DNA of 64,000 nucleotides from positions 41,379-105,378 of the forward strand of contig CALHMG010000027.1 of assembly GCA_938034705.1 (NCBI GenBank), read 5' to 3'. Numbering within the stretch: the first letter of the stretch is position 1; each line of letters opens with the position of its first letter. Origin of the DNA: an uncultured Gammaproteobacteria bacterium (GTDB taxonomy: Bacteria; Pseudomonadota; Gammaproteobacteria; Arenicellales; CALHMG01). Below are positions 20,224-29,689 of this stretch, in pieces. The notes below the pieces were generated by a model. It ran no database searches and was not told the origin of the DNA. It saw nothing but the letters and a program-made list of their open reading frames with translations. The translations under genes and the position numbers were made by a program.

Positions 20224-20667
20224 TCAGGAAGATGTAAGACTCATGCGCATGCTTCTGTGAGGCATGCCGGCATCGTCAAAAATCTCTCCGTACGCGGTGA
20301 AGCCCAGCTCTTCGTAAAATCCAATCGCGTGAGTCTGGGCCCCCAGTGTCACCTGTTCGATCCCCTGATCTGCCGCGATGGCCAGAAGCTGACGCATGAT
20401 CGCCCTGCCGATGCCGTGACCGCGATACTGTTTCAGGACGGCCATTCTTCCGATTTTGCCGTCCGCCGTGAGCCTGCCTGTTCCGCACGGTATGTCATCG
20501 CCATCAAACGCTATCGCGTGCAGACAGGCATCGTCAGTGCCGTCCCATTCCAGCTCCGGAGGTACGTTCTGTTCGTCTATGAACACAACGGCCCGTATGG
20601 CCTGCATGTCACTGGCATCTTCGGGCCATCTGGCACGGCGAACGGTAAATTTCGGATCGTTGCTCAT
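20224..20667 (-). CDS. GNAT family N-acetyltransferase (ElaA/YjcF-like)
   Basis: IRAVVFIDEQNVP, IGRMAV..RGHGIG, FYEELGF..F.DAGMPH. Confidence 0.88.
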   Translation of the reverse strand: MSNDPKFTVRRARWPEDASDMQAIRAVVFIDEQNVPPELEWDGTDDACLHAIAFDGDDIPCGTGRLTADGKIGRMAVLKQYRGHGIGRAIMRQLLAIAADQGIEQVTLGAQTHAIGFYEELGFTAYGEIFDDAGMPHRSMRMSLTSS

Positions 20668-20701
20668 CTAGGCTTAAGTCATGGTTACTCAGAAATTTTC
20701 A

Positions 20702-21184
20702 ATGCACGCACGAGTGTATCAACGCTGCTGGCTCGCGACGACGCTTGTTGTCGCGATGCTGCTCCAGGGCTGTTCGGACGAGGTGACGCCGGAGCAGGAA
20801 ATTCGGCAGTGGATGGACACACTGGAGACAGCGGCGCAAGAGATGACAATTGCGCCAATACGCGAGGCGGTTGCTCCGGGGTTTGTCGACAACCACGGCA
20901 ACAATCGCGAGGCGATTATCAACATCACCCGCGGCGTTCTGCTCGCGCGTCGTCCACTGCATATTTTCAGGCGCGAGATTTCACTGCAGGTTGTGGATCC
21001 GCTGACCGCGGAACTCACGACGATTGTCGTTGGTGCGCGAACGCCCATTGACGATATCGAAGGTGCGCGAGACGCGGGCGTCGATTTTGCCTGGCTGAAG
21101 CTCGTACTGACCAAGTCCAGTGGCGAGTGGCAGGTCGCTAGCGCGGCGTGGCGAGCGGCGACGGCCGACGACCTTCTCCAGTAG
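20702..21184 (+). CDS. Putative lipoprotein, NTF2/SnoaL-like fold
   Basis: Signal peptide with lipobox LLQGC; C-terminal KSSGEWQV strand typical of NTF2-like folds. Confidence 0.6.
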   Translation: MHARVYQRCWLATTLVVAMLLQGCSDEVTPEQEIRQWMDTLETAAQEMTIAPIREAVAPGFVDNHGNNREAIINITRGVLLARRPLHIFRREISLQVVDPLTAELTTIVVGARTPIDDIEGARDAGVDFAWLKLVLTKSSGEWQVASAAWRAATADDLLQ

Positions 21185-21195
21185 ACCTTGCGCTG

Positions 21196-22845
21196 TTACA
21201 GGCTGGCGGCGAGTTTGCCGGCCGCTGCCGCCAGGTCGGTACCCGCTTCAACTCGTACGACACGTCGTTCGCGCGCCTGCAGCACCTGATAGTCACCCAG
21301 GGCCTGGCATGCGTTGAGTTGCCCGAACGTATAGGCTTCGCCCGGTATCGCAAGATCATCTTCGGTATCACTCGAAATCTGAACAAAAATGCCATTGGCC
21401 GCTCCACCCTTGTGAAGCTGTCCGGTCGAGTGAAGAAAGCGCGGACCAAAACCGAGTGTTGCAGGCAAGCCAGACGTTGAGCCAAGCGCATCGCGAAGTT
21501 GTTCCAGCTGCTGTGCAGTAGCCGCATCGATCGCGCCATAGGCAAGCACCGCGATATAGTCGCCTGCGCCCGCCCAGTTCCTGATGGCTGCGGCAAAGTC
21601 CGACGCGCCAAAAAGCGCGAGACCGTCGTGGGTGCCGTCCGCGGTGCCCTTCTCGAGATCGTTTCCGGCTTCAACCAGCGCCAGCAGTTCGCCGGTCTTG
21701 TTCTTGCTTTCGGTAACGTTGGGTTCGTCAAACGGGTTGATGCCCATGACGACGCCGGCAACGGCCGTCGCGAGTTCCCATCGAAAAAACTCTGCGCCAA
21801 GATCCTCGGGGCCGCCAACCGTCCACTCGAACACCGGGTGACCGTCACCGCGAAGCCGCTGCGCCAGATCCGCCAGCGCCTTGTCACTTTCAAGCCGTGT
21901 GATGGCAAAGACACGATCGTCGTTGTAGGCGCTTCGGGACGCTTCGCCAGTAACCGGCAGGATTCCAACACCCTGTTTTCCCGTGCTCTCGGCAACGAGC
22001 TGCTCAATCCAGACACCCAGTGGTTCAAAGGGACTGCTTGCGAGCAGCGTCAGTTTGTCGCGACCAGCCTGTGCCAGCACGCCGAGCCCTATACCAAGAT
22101 CCACGGCGGGACAGCCCGCTTCGACCGTGGCGGCATCGCTGTGTGACTTGAATGCGTTAGCGGTATTCACTAGCGCAGCGATATCGACACCACAGGCTGC
22201 GGCGGGTACCAGACCGAAGTAGCTCAACGCCGAATAGCGTCCGCCAATGTCTGACGGATTGACAAAGATTCTGGAGAATTTTCGTTCGCCGGCCTGCTGT
22301 TGAAGGTCTGATCCTTCGTCTGTGATCGCGATGAAGTGCTGACCGGCGTTGCCGCCATGACGTTGTTGCATCTTCTCGAAGAAGTAGTCGGCAAAGCAGC
22401 GTGTTTCGATCGTTGATCCGGACTTGCTCGCGACCACAAAGACCGTGTGATCTGGATCGATCGCACTTTCCACAGCGCTGATAGCGCCCGGATGAGTGTT
22501 GTCCAGCACATGCAGTCTGGGGGTTGAGTCACCGCGCTCAAAGACGTCGCGGCAGACTTCCGGCGCAAGACTGGAGCCGCCCATGCCGAGCAGCACGACG
22601 TCGGTGCAACCGTTGGCGACGAGGGTGTCAGCCCAGCTCACAATGTCACCGATCTGCCCGGTCGCCCACTGCGCGCAGTCTATCCAACCGAGTCGGTTTG
22701 CCACGGTGGCAATGACGGCTGGCTCGTCGGCCCACAGTGATGGATCGTGCTCACGCAGCCGAGGCAGCTCAGACTTGTAAAATTTGTGTCGGCGACTGCT
22801 GTGTGGTTCAGCAGGAACGTCTTGGCGCATGGTGTATGAAGTCAT
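21196..22845 (-). CDS. pgi: Glucose-6-phosphate isomerase (stand-alone, of the type found in Tal-Pgi fusions)
   Basis: LLGMGGSSLAPEV, ASKSGSTIE, IGGRYSALS, QLVAESTGK, NPFDEPNV..SK, GPRFLHSTGQLHKGG. Confidence 0.85.
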   Translation of the reverse strand: MTSYTMRQDVPAEPHSSRRHKFYKSELPRLREHDPSLWADEPAVIATVANRLGWIDCAQWATGQIGDIVSWADTLVANGCTDVVLLGMGGSSLAPEVCRDVFERGDSTPRLHVLDNTHPGAISAVESAIDPDHTVFVVASKSGSTIETRCFADYFFEKMQQRHGGNAGQHFIAITDEGSDLQQQAGERKFSRIFVNPSDIGGRYSALSYFGLVPAAACGVDIAALVNTANAFKSHSDAATVEAGCPAVDLGIGLGVLAQAGRDKLTLLASSPFEPLGVWIEQLVAESTGKQGVGILPVTGEASRSAYNDDRVFAITRLESDKALADLAQRLRGDGHPVFEWTVGGPEDLGAEFFRWELATAVAGVVMGINPFDEPNVTESKNKTGELLALVEAGNDLEKGTADGTHDGLALFGASDFAAAIRNWAGAGDYIAVLAYGAIDAATAQQLEQLRDALGSTSGLPATLGFGPRFLHSTGQLHKGGAANGIFVQISSDTEDDLAIPGEAYTFGQLNACQALGDYQVLQARERRVVRVEAGTDLAAAAGKLAASL

Positions 22846-23059
22846 AGTTAGATTCGGTCGAAATGGTCGGGTCGGTGCTGCTCCAGTGTTACTTTAGACG
22901 GTGATTGCAGTCTTGACCTCTTTTTGACGTAATGTCCGGCTGCGCGGTCACCGCCGGCCCCTCGTGCCGCTTACCGGTTGTTCAAGCAGTCAAGCGCGAC
23001 GCGCCCGGGCTCGATTATACTGCGCCCTCGCGGGCCGACCGCGGTAACTTTGCAAACTC

Positions 23060-24598
23060 ATGAATCGTCTAAACACCGGCATATTCTCAATCGAATATCG
23101 CGCCATCACTCTCGGGGTGCTGGTGGTGAGTCTGCTGTTGTCGGCCTGGGGGATCTGGGTCGACGACGTGATCAACAATGATGGCGTGGAGTATGTGCGC
23201 GCAGCCAGGCTGATAGAGGCCGGCGACATCGCAGGCTCGCTCAAGGTTTTCAAGTGGCCGGCCTATCCATCACTGCTTGCCTTAACGTCTACCGTCACGG
23301 GGCTCTCACACGAGTATTCGGCACACGTCGTTAACGCACTGTTTATCGGTGTGCTGTTACTCGCGTTCCTCGCAACCGTGCTTGAGCTTGGTGCAGATCG
23401 GCGAACGTATATCGCCGCTGCGATCGTGATTTTGCTCGCACCCCGTATCAACGACTGGCGACCGTTTGTGATCCGGGACCCGGCGTATCTGGCTTTTTAC
23501 ACACTGGCAATGTTGTTCATGTTCAGGCAGATCAGATACGGAGGAATCGCCAACGGGTTAAAGAGTCTGGTCATGATGCTTGGCGCCGTGGCTTTTCGAA
23601 TGGAAGGCATCGCATTTATCGTGCTGATGCCGCTGATGCTCGCGTTCAGTAACGCACAGAATCGATCGCGACGCGCGATGTTGATGCTCGCAGGCGGCGC
23701 GGCTTGTCTTGTACTCACCGCAGGCTTTGTCCTGTGGTTTGTTTCCCTTGGTGGTGGTTTGTCCGGCGCAAGAGAAGTCGAGACTCTGGGAGGTCTCTTT
23801 GCAATATCGTGGGAACAGCTCACGGCGACGCTTGCGGACAAACTCCATGTGATCGAAGAAGATCTGCTCGGAAAATATTCTGCGGACTATTCGGTAGCCG
23901 TGCTGCTGCTGACGCTTGTCGTCATCGTGTTCACCGAAGTCATCAAATCGGTGTCTCTGTGGACCGGGCTACTGGTGTTCTGGGCCTGGAGTCGCGACAT
24001 GCTGTTTCCGGTGCAGGGTATGCGCAAGCCGTGGCTGCTGTTGCTGCTGGTTCACATGCTGGTGTTGATCATGTTCACACTGGTGAAGCTGTTTCTGAGT
24101 GAACGTTACTCGCTGGCGTTGACCGTAACGCTCCTGCTGGCGGCGCCATTCGGTTTGCTCGGGATCTATGAACTCTGGCGCCGAAACGTCAACAACGACC
24201 GAATGGTGCGCTATGCGTATCCGGTCCTGGTCTTTCTGATCGTTGTAGCCGGTATCGAAAGTCTTGGCCTGTTCACCGAGAAGCGTCACGTCAAGGCCGC
24301 CGGGCACTGGGTCAGCGAGAACGCACGTCCCGGCGACCGTCTGTTTACCAACAGCAAGATTCTTGCTCACTACGCCGAACCGGCCAGCGCAGACGTCCGG
24401 GACGAATGGCATCAGGTCATGTCGATGGTTCGCGCGGGGGACTGGAAGAACTACAGGTATCTCGCGATACGCGTGGGCCGACATAAAACGTTTCGGGCCG
24501 AGCGATTGATTGACGCGATGAAATTAAAACCGCTTGAGCGATTCAAGAACGAGCGTGATGACCTGATTCTCGTGTTTCGAACGGCAGATACCGGCTAG
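23060..24598 (+). CDS. Polytopic membrane protein, probable GT-C/ArnT-like glycosyltransferase
   Basis: INNDGVEY loop after TM1, WPAYP, RDP, many TM segments, soluble C-terminal domain; next to the LPS cluster. Confidence 0.6.
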   Translation: MNRLNTGIFSIEYRAITLGVLVVSLLLSAWGIWVDDVINNDGVEYVRAARLIEAGDIAGSLKVFKWPAYPSLLALTSTVTGLSHEYSAHVVNALFIGVLLLAFLATVLELGADRRTYIAAAIVILLAPRINDWRPFVIRDPAYLAFYTLAMLFMFRQIRYGGIANGLKSLVMMLGAVAFRMEGIAFIVLMPLMLAFSNAQNRSRRAMLMLAGGAACLVLTAGFVLWFVSLGGGLSGAREVETLGGLFAISWEQLTATLADKLHVIEEDLLGKYSADYSVAVLLLTLVVIVFTEVIKSVSLWTGLLVFWAWSRDMLFPVQGMRKPWLLLLLVHMLVLIMFTLVKLFLSERYSLALTVTLLLAAPFGLLGIYELWRRNVNNDRMVRYAYPVLVFLIVVAGIESLGLFTEKRHVKAAGHWVSENARPGDRLFTNSKILAHYAEPASADVRDEWHQVMSMVRAGDWKNYRYLAIRVGRHKTFRAERLIDAMKLKPLERFKNERDDLILVFRTADTG

Positions 24599-25335
24599 CG
24601 GTCGAGTATGGCCTGCAGCCGACTTTCAAACGTCTGGTGAATTTCGCTGGCGCTATCGAAGTTTCTCAGAAACCGGCGCCTGTCACGGGCGATTCTCGCA
24701 GTGTGCAGCGATTCATTCTGATAGTGGCGGGTGCTGTCGAGGTCGAGAAGATAGACGCGGCGTTTGTGAATCAGCCAGTTGGTTGCCTTGGTGTCTCCGT
24801 GGGCAATGCGCGCCTGCTTGAGGCGAGAAAAGACCTGTTCAACCTGTTCGACAACGGGCTCGTCCTCTTGGTCGAGCGTCGTACGATTCGCAAACCAGTC
24901 CGAGAGCAGCATGCCAGGCAGGTACTCACACAGGTACCACGAGCGCAGTTTGACCGGTCCAAGGCAGTGCTCGACCGCTGCGATTGGCTGCGGGGTAAGA
25001 ATGCCTGCGTCGAGTAAACGGTGCGCGTTGCGATAGCAGTGCTCTGCGCGGGATACGCGCAGCGATCGCTTCAGGGCGTGTTGTAACCCCTTGGTGTTGT
25101 AGCGTTTCACAACGACCGCACGACCATCGAAAGACGTAACGCCTACCGTGGATGTCCGGTCGTCCTTTAATATTTCGAGCCCCTGGCGCTGGCAGAACCG
25201 GTCTGGATCGATCATGAAGCGATCTACCGCCTGGGTGGCGACAGGCACATGACTCAGCAGTCGACGTCGCAGCGAACGGTGTTCGTGCGAGACCGCGGGC
25301 CCTGCTGGTGAGTGGACTGGCGACACGGCACTCAT
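24595..25335 (-). CDS. LPS kinase (Kdo/WaaP/InaA family)
   Basis: VVKRYN, HGDTKATNW, LLDLD; 4-bp overlap with the waaG-waaP gene. Confidence 0.85.
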   Translation of the reverse strand: MSAVSPVHSPAGPAVSHEHRSLRRRLLSHVPVATQAVDRFMIDPDRFCQRQGLEILKDDRTSTVGVTSFDGRAVVVKRYNTKGLQHALKRSLRVSRAEHCYRNAHRLLDAGILTPQPIAAVEHCLGPVKLRSWYLCEYLPGMLLSDWFANRTTLDQEDEPVVEQVEQVFSRLKQARIAHGDTKATNWLIHKRRVYLLDLDSTRHYQNESLHTARIARDRRRFLRNFDSASEIHQTFESRLQAILDR

Positions 25336-27431
25336 GTGACGTCAACGGATTCCTGACGCGAATTTTCCGCGCTCTGGCGAGCCCGTCGGCGGGCGGCGCG
25401 GCGGGCCTCCGTCTGGTACAGGGTTTTCGCCTTGCTGTCGACGCGTGTCCAGAACCCATGTTCGTTTTCCAGAATCTCACGCAAAGGCTTGGCGCGGTAA
25501 GCGCGCATGAAACGAAACAGGTCGCGCTGGCTGAGGCCGATCTCCATGCTCGAGTAATAAAGTCCGGCGATGTCTTTGATGATCCACCGTTGCGGTGTGC
25601 GTTTGCGAAGTTGCATACGGTGCAGATCGATGACAAAGAGACGTGAACTGTCGTCTACAACAATGGGTTCAGACGGCGTCTGGGAGTTGACGGTGGCGCG
25701 GGACTCGGCGTGATTTTGCGTGTCGTCGCCTTTGAGCAGGAAGTGACAGAGATAAAAGTCACGATGATTGGCACCGCTTGAGTGTAACGCTCTGCCGATA
25801 CTGGCGACCTTATTGATAAGCCAGCGCTTGGTTTTCAGCGCCTCACCGCGCCGCGGCGGGTTTTCGTTCCAGCTGCGGCAGTAGTCTTCGAGGCTGATGG
25901 CAGACGCGATCTCGTCCGTAAGGATAAATGAGTGGCGGCGAGCGGGATTGCCGGCGCTCGTGCCGTAGCCTGCGACATCGAGGGTGTCTATACCCAGACG
26001 CTTAAGCCAGTGAATGCCGTGCCATTCGTTTGTCGCGCCAAGAACGGGGAGTCTGAAGTAGGCGATGTTCTTGATGATTTCGCGCCAGCCGACACCGGTA
26101 TGCGCTTTGAGGAAATAACCTGACCCTGATCCGTTGTCGCTTTCGAATCTGATTGTCTTGCGACCGGGCGCTTCGCGAAAGGTTTCGCCATGCAGTGCCA
26201 TGATTTGTTCAATATTCGCGTCGTCGCCAAGAAGTTCGCGGATGTCATCGCGCAGATACAGCGAGTTTTTGTCCGTGATGTCTTCCACGACGGGTGGCGG
26301 AACATCTGCGCGCTTGCGCGCCCAGTTCTCGATCTGATCGGCTGCGCTCTCGGGCATTCGATAAAGATCAGGGTCCTGACTGTAGGCTAGGCCGTTATCG
26401 CGCCACGCAGGCATCGAACTGGACTCGAGCATCTGGGCCAGTCGCGAGTTGAGTCTGTCCTGGGAAAACGGTGACTTGAGAACCATGCCCGCGTTGGCAC
26501 GCGTGACGTGTGACGCATAGCCACACACGTCGGTGGTCAGTACTGGAAGCCCGGCGGTGATCGCCTCAAGCAGTACCGTGCCGGTATTTTCGCTGTACGC
26601 GGGATGGATCAACAGATCTCCTGCAAACATCAGCTCGGCGATGTCATCACGGCCGCCCAGAAACCGCACCTTCGTCGCGAGGCCCAGGCTCTGCGCAAGG
26701 CGTCTGTAGCTTGATTCGTTGTCCTGACCGACGACAAACAGATTCACTCTGTCGAGCAGCGCTGGCGGCAGTGCTGCGGTAGCGCGAATGGCTCGATCGA
26801 GTCCCTTGGTTCTGAAGCCGGACCCGATAAAGAAAAGTGCCAGATCGTTCGGCGCGACTTCGAGCCTGGCACGCATGCTGTTTCTGATTTGCTCGCGGTC
26901 ACCGTCGAGCAGACGCTGTCGATCCAGCGTTGGCGGTAACAGATGAAACCGACTTTCAGGTGTCGCGTAGTAATTCTGATAAACGTCCTTCTCACGTTCT
27001 GATAGCGACAGGATGCCGGTTTTGCTCTGAACGCCGAAGACAGCGCGCTCAAAGCCCGCCATGTTGTGGTAGCGCGGAGTCAGGCGATACAGGACAGGAT
27101 ATTTCGGTAGCGCGCGGCCGATGTAGCAATAGTCAGCGCCGTAGTACAGATCGAGCCCGGGCATTTTGTTGAAGCCGATGACGGCATCAAAGTCATGCTT
27201 CGCCAGTTCCTGTCGAAGCCGTCGATGGAACAGTGCATTTTGCGAGTGATTCATCCAGCGATGCGTTGGCAGCAGCGTGACGTCGATATTATCCGGACGG
27301 TCACCGTCCCACTCCGCTGCGAACACACTGACATCGTGGCCGCGTTGCTTGCACTCAAGTACCACACGCAGGAAATCCCGCGACAGGCCGCTATAGGGAA
27401 AGTACTTGAAAAGACAGAAAGCGAGCTTCAT
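25332..27431 (-). CDS. Fused LPS core glucosyltransferase I (WaaG) and heptose(I) kinase (WaaP)
   Basis: N-terminal MKLAFCLFKYFPYSGL..FNKMPGLDLYY..HPAYSENTGTVLLEA (WaaG); C-terminal YFLKAHTGVGWREIIKN..PVLGA..NHRDFYLCHFL..IDLHR (WaaP); no internal stop. Confidence 0.88.
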   Translation of the reverse strand: MKLAFCLFKYFPYSGLSRDFLRVVLECKQRGHDVSVFAAEWDGDRPDNIDVTLLPTHRWMNHSQNALFHRRLRQELAKHDFDAVIGFNKMPGLDLYYGADYCYIGRALPKYPVLYRLTPRYHNMAGFERAVFGVQSKTGILSLSEREKDVYQNYYATPESRFHLLPPTLDRQRLLDGDREQIRNSMRARLEVAPNDLALFFIGSGFRTKGLDRAIRATAALPPALLDRVNLFVVGQDNESSYRRLAQSLGLATKVRFLGGRDDIAELMFAGDLLIHPAYSENTGTVLLEAITAGLPVLTTDVCGYASHVTRANAGMVLKSPFSQDRLNSRLAQMLESSSMPAWRDNGLAYSQDPDLYRMPESAADQIENWARKRADVPPPVVEDITDKNSLYLRDDIRELLGDDANIEQIMALHGETFREAPGRKTIRFESDNGSGSGYFLKAHTGVGWREIIKNIAYFRLPVLGATNEWHGIHWLKRLGIDTLDVAGYGTSAGNPARRHSFILTDEIASAISLEDYCRSWNENPPRRGEALKTKRWLINKVASIGRALHSSGANHRDFYLCHFLLKGDDTQNHAESRATVNSQTPSEPIVVDDSSRLFVIDLHRMQLRKRTPQRWIIKDIAGLYYSSMEIGLSQRDLFRFMRAYRAKPLREILENEHGFWTRVDSKAKTLYQTEARRAARRRARQSAENSRQESVDVT

Positions 27432-27572
27432 TGAGCGAGTGAGAAAAACCGGCTGTGCGTGAAGCCGCTTTAAACACAGCCGAACGCATGGGTGATGCGC
27501 TGTAGTATACGTTTGCGCGCACACATTGCATCCGCAAGTCTGTACGGGTGATATGCAAACGATGAGTAAAAC

Positions 27573-28646
27573 TCAGCCGCGGCCGTTCTTTTCCCATTCA
27601 ACAGCCGACCTGCAGATCAGCTCAAGGTCGTCAAATTTCGGCGAAAAGCCCAACGACTCCTTGATTCGGGTATTTGCGGCAACCAGCTCTGGCGGGTCGC
27701 CGGCGCGCCTCGGTCCATCGTCGACCTGAAAGTCGACGCCGCTGACACGCTTCACCGTGTCGAGAACTTCGCGAACGCTGTATCCGTGTCCATAGCCGCA
27801 GTTATAGACATCGGAGCCGCCACCGTCGAGCAGATGCGAAAGTGCAGCAAGGTGTGCGGCAGCCAGATCCTCAACGTGAATGTAGTCACGGATGCATGTG
27901 CCATCGGGCGTGTCGTAATCATCGCCAAAAACCGTCACGTTATCCCGGGTGCCGGCCGCAGCCTGGCTGGCGATCTTTATCAGATGGGTCGCCGCCGGCG
28001 TGGCCTGTCCGAGCTCACCACTTGAGTGAGCGCCGGCGACGTTGAAGTAACGCAGCGCGACGTGTTTGAACTTTGAATTGCTTAGCGACACATCTCGCAA
28101 GAGCCATTCGGTGATGAGCTTGGTCGCGCCGTAAGGGTTAATGGGACTAAGCGGGAGATCTTCGTGTGCCGGAATTTCCGGCGGCATGCCATACACCGCG
28201 GCGCTGGAGGAGAAAATAAAATTGTTTACGTCGTTTGCGACGCATTGTTCGACCAGGGTCTGCGACACGCGAACGTTGTTGCCGTAATACTTAAGCGGGT
28301 TTTCGACAGACTCCGGAACAACGATGTGACCGGCAAAGTGTATGACCGCATCTATGGGGCGTGACTCGAAGATGCCGCTGATAACCGCGGGATCGCCGGC
28401 GTCGCCTTCAACGAACGTCGCGCCGTCGGCAATCGCCCATGCGTGTCCTGAATAAAGATTATCGACGACCGTGACCTCAAAACCGGACTCTCTGAGCAGC
28501 CTCGACGTGTGTGATCCGATATAGCCGGCGCCGCCGGTGACAAGAACATGAGGCGAGGCGTTTGATGTTGCGTTGATGGCTTCAGTCCTCTTCGAGTTGG
28601 TTGGTAGCCTGATCAGCCTGGGGCAATTGTTGCGCCGCTGGCGCAA
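27573..28646 (-). CDS. galE: UDP-glucose 4-epimerase (start uncertain: TTG 28646 or ATC 28577)
   Basis: VLVTGGAGYIGSH, SSSAAVYG, YGATK, LRYFNVAGA, DGTCIRDYIHV. Confidence 0.93.
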   Translation of the reverse strand: MRQRRNNCPRLIRLPTNSKRTEAINATSNASPHVLVTGGAGYIGSHTSRLLRESGFEVTVVDNLYSGHAWAIADGATFVEGDAGDPAVISGIFESRPIDAVIHFAGHIVVPESVENPLKYYGNNVRVSQTLVEQCVANDVNNFIFSSSAAVYGMPPEIPAHEDLPLSPINPYGATKLITEWLLRDVSLSNSKFKHVALRYFNVAGAHSSGELGQATPAATHLIKIASQAAAGTRDNVTVFGDDYDTPDGTCIRDYIHVEDLAAAHLAALSHLLDGGGSDVYNCGYGHGYSVREVLDTVKRVSGVDFQVDDGPRRAGDPPELVAANTRIKESLGFSPKFDDLELICRSAVEWEKNGRG

Positions 28647-29652
28647 TCGCGTCCAGTGCGGTGATCACAAGATCGGGGTGCAGCTTGTTCAGGCAGTCCA
28701 TGTGTTCGAGCGGACACTCGCGTTTAAAACACGGTCGACACTCGAGTTCGATACTGACACTTTGAGCCAGGGTCGACAGTGGTGGTGTCATCGTTGGCGA
28801 CGTTGAGCCATAGACGGCTGCGACAGGAAGTCCGAGCGCCGCCGCTACGTGCATCAAGCCGGAGTCGTTGGTGACGACAGCGTCGCAACCGGACAGCAGA
28901 TCTATCGCGTCTTCAAGGCGTGTGTCGCCAGCGAGATCGCGACCACGGCCGTCTATCATTCGATTGATTGTCGCGGTGACGTCGGCGTCTTTTTCGGATC
29001 CAAACAGCCACACCTGCCAGCCGGCCTCAAGTCGGCGCTTTGCAACTTCGGCAAAGTGGGATTCAGGCCAACGCTTTGATGCGCCGAATTCTGCACCGGG
29101 TGCCAGGGCGAGCACCGGAGCGTCACTGCCGCCGAGGCCGAATCTCGCGCACGCGGATGCGAATGCATCAGCCGGTGGTTGCAGCCGCGGGATGGGCGGG
29201 TGTTGGGGTGGTTCTTCGTCGGCTTCACCAGCGAGGGAGACAAAACGTTGCACCGTTAACGGTAGCGCCTGCTTGTCGAGTTTGCGCAGGTCATTCAAAA
29301 GTCCGTAACGCTGCTCGCCGACGAAGCCCGTGCGTGTCGGGATTCTGGCAAAAAACGGCACCAGCGCGGCTTTGATCGAGTTAGGCAAAACGATCGCGTG
29401 ATCGTACCCCTGTCGAATAAGGCTACGGCCGAGTCGGCGCCGCGCCGCCAGTTTCAGCTCGCCATGGCCGAACGGTGACGCAATCGCGCTGGCGACTTCG
29501 GGCATGCGATCGAGCAGGGGACGGGTCCAGGCAGGTGCGAGGACGTCGATATGGGCGGCTGAATCCATCGACTTCAGCGTCATGAACAGACTCTGTGCCA
29601 TGACCATGTCGCCCACCCAGGCGGGGCCTACGATGAGATAACGGTTCGCCAT
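28582..29652 (-). CDS. waaF: ADP-heptose:LPS heptosyltransferase II
   Basis: IVGPAWVGDMVMAQSL, PGAEFGASKRWP, NDSGLMHVAAAL, CRPCFKRECP. Confidence 0.95.
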   Translation of the reverse strand: MANRYLIVGPAWVGDMVMAQSLFMTLKSMDSAAHIDVLAPAWTRPLLDRMPEVASAIASPFGHGELKLAARRRLGRSLIRQGYDHAIVLPNSIKAALVPFFARIPTRTGFVGEQRYGLLNDLRKLDKQALPLTVQRFVSLAGEADEEPPQHPPIPRLQPPADAFASACARFGLGGSDAPVLALAPGAEFGASKRWPESHFAEVAKRRLEAGWQVWLFGSEKDADVTATINRMIDGRGRDLAGDTRLEDAIDLLSGCDAVVTNDSGLMHVAAALGLPVAAVYGSTSPTMTPPLSTLAQSVSIELECRPCFKRECPLEHMDCLNKLHPDLVITALDAIAPAAQQLPQADQATNQLEED

Positions 29653-29689
29653 GGAAGCGGAGTTTAGCGCGCCTTGGTGGACCGCTGGG

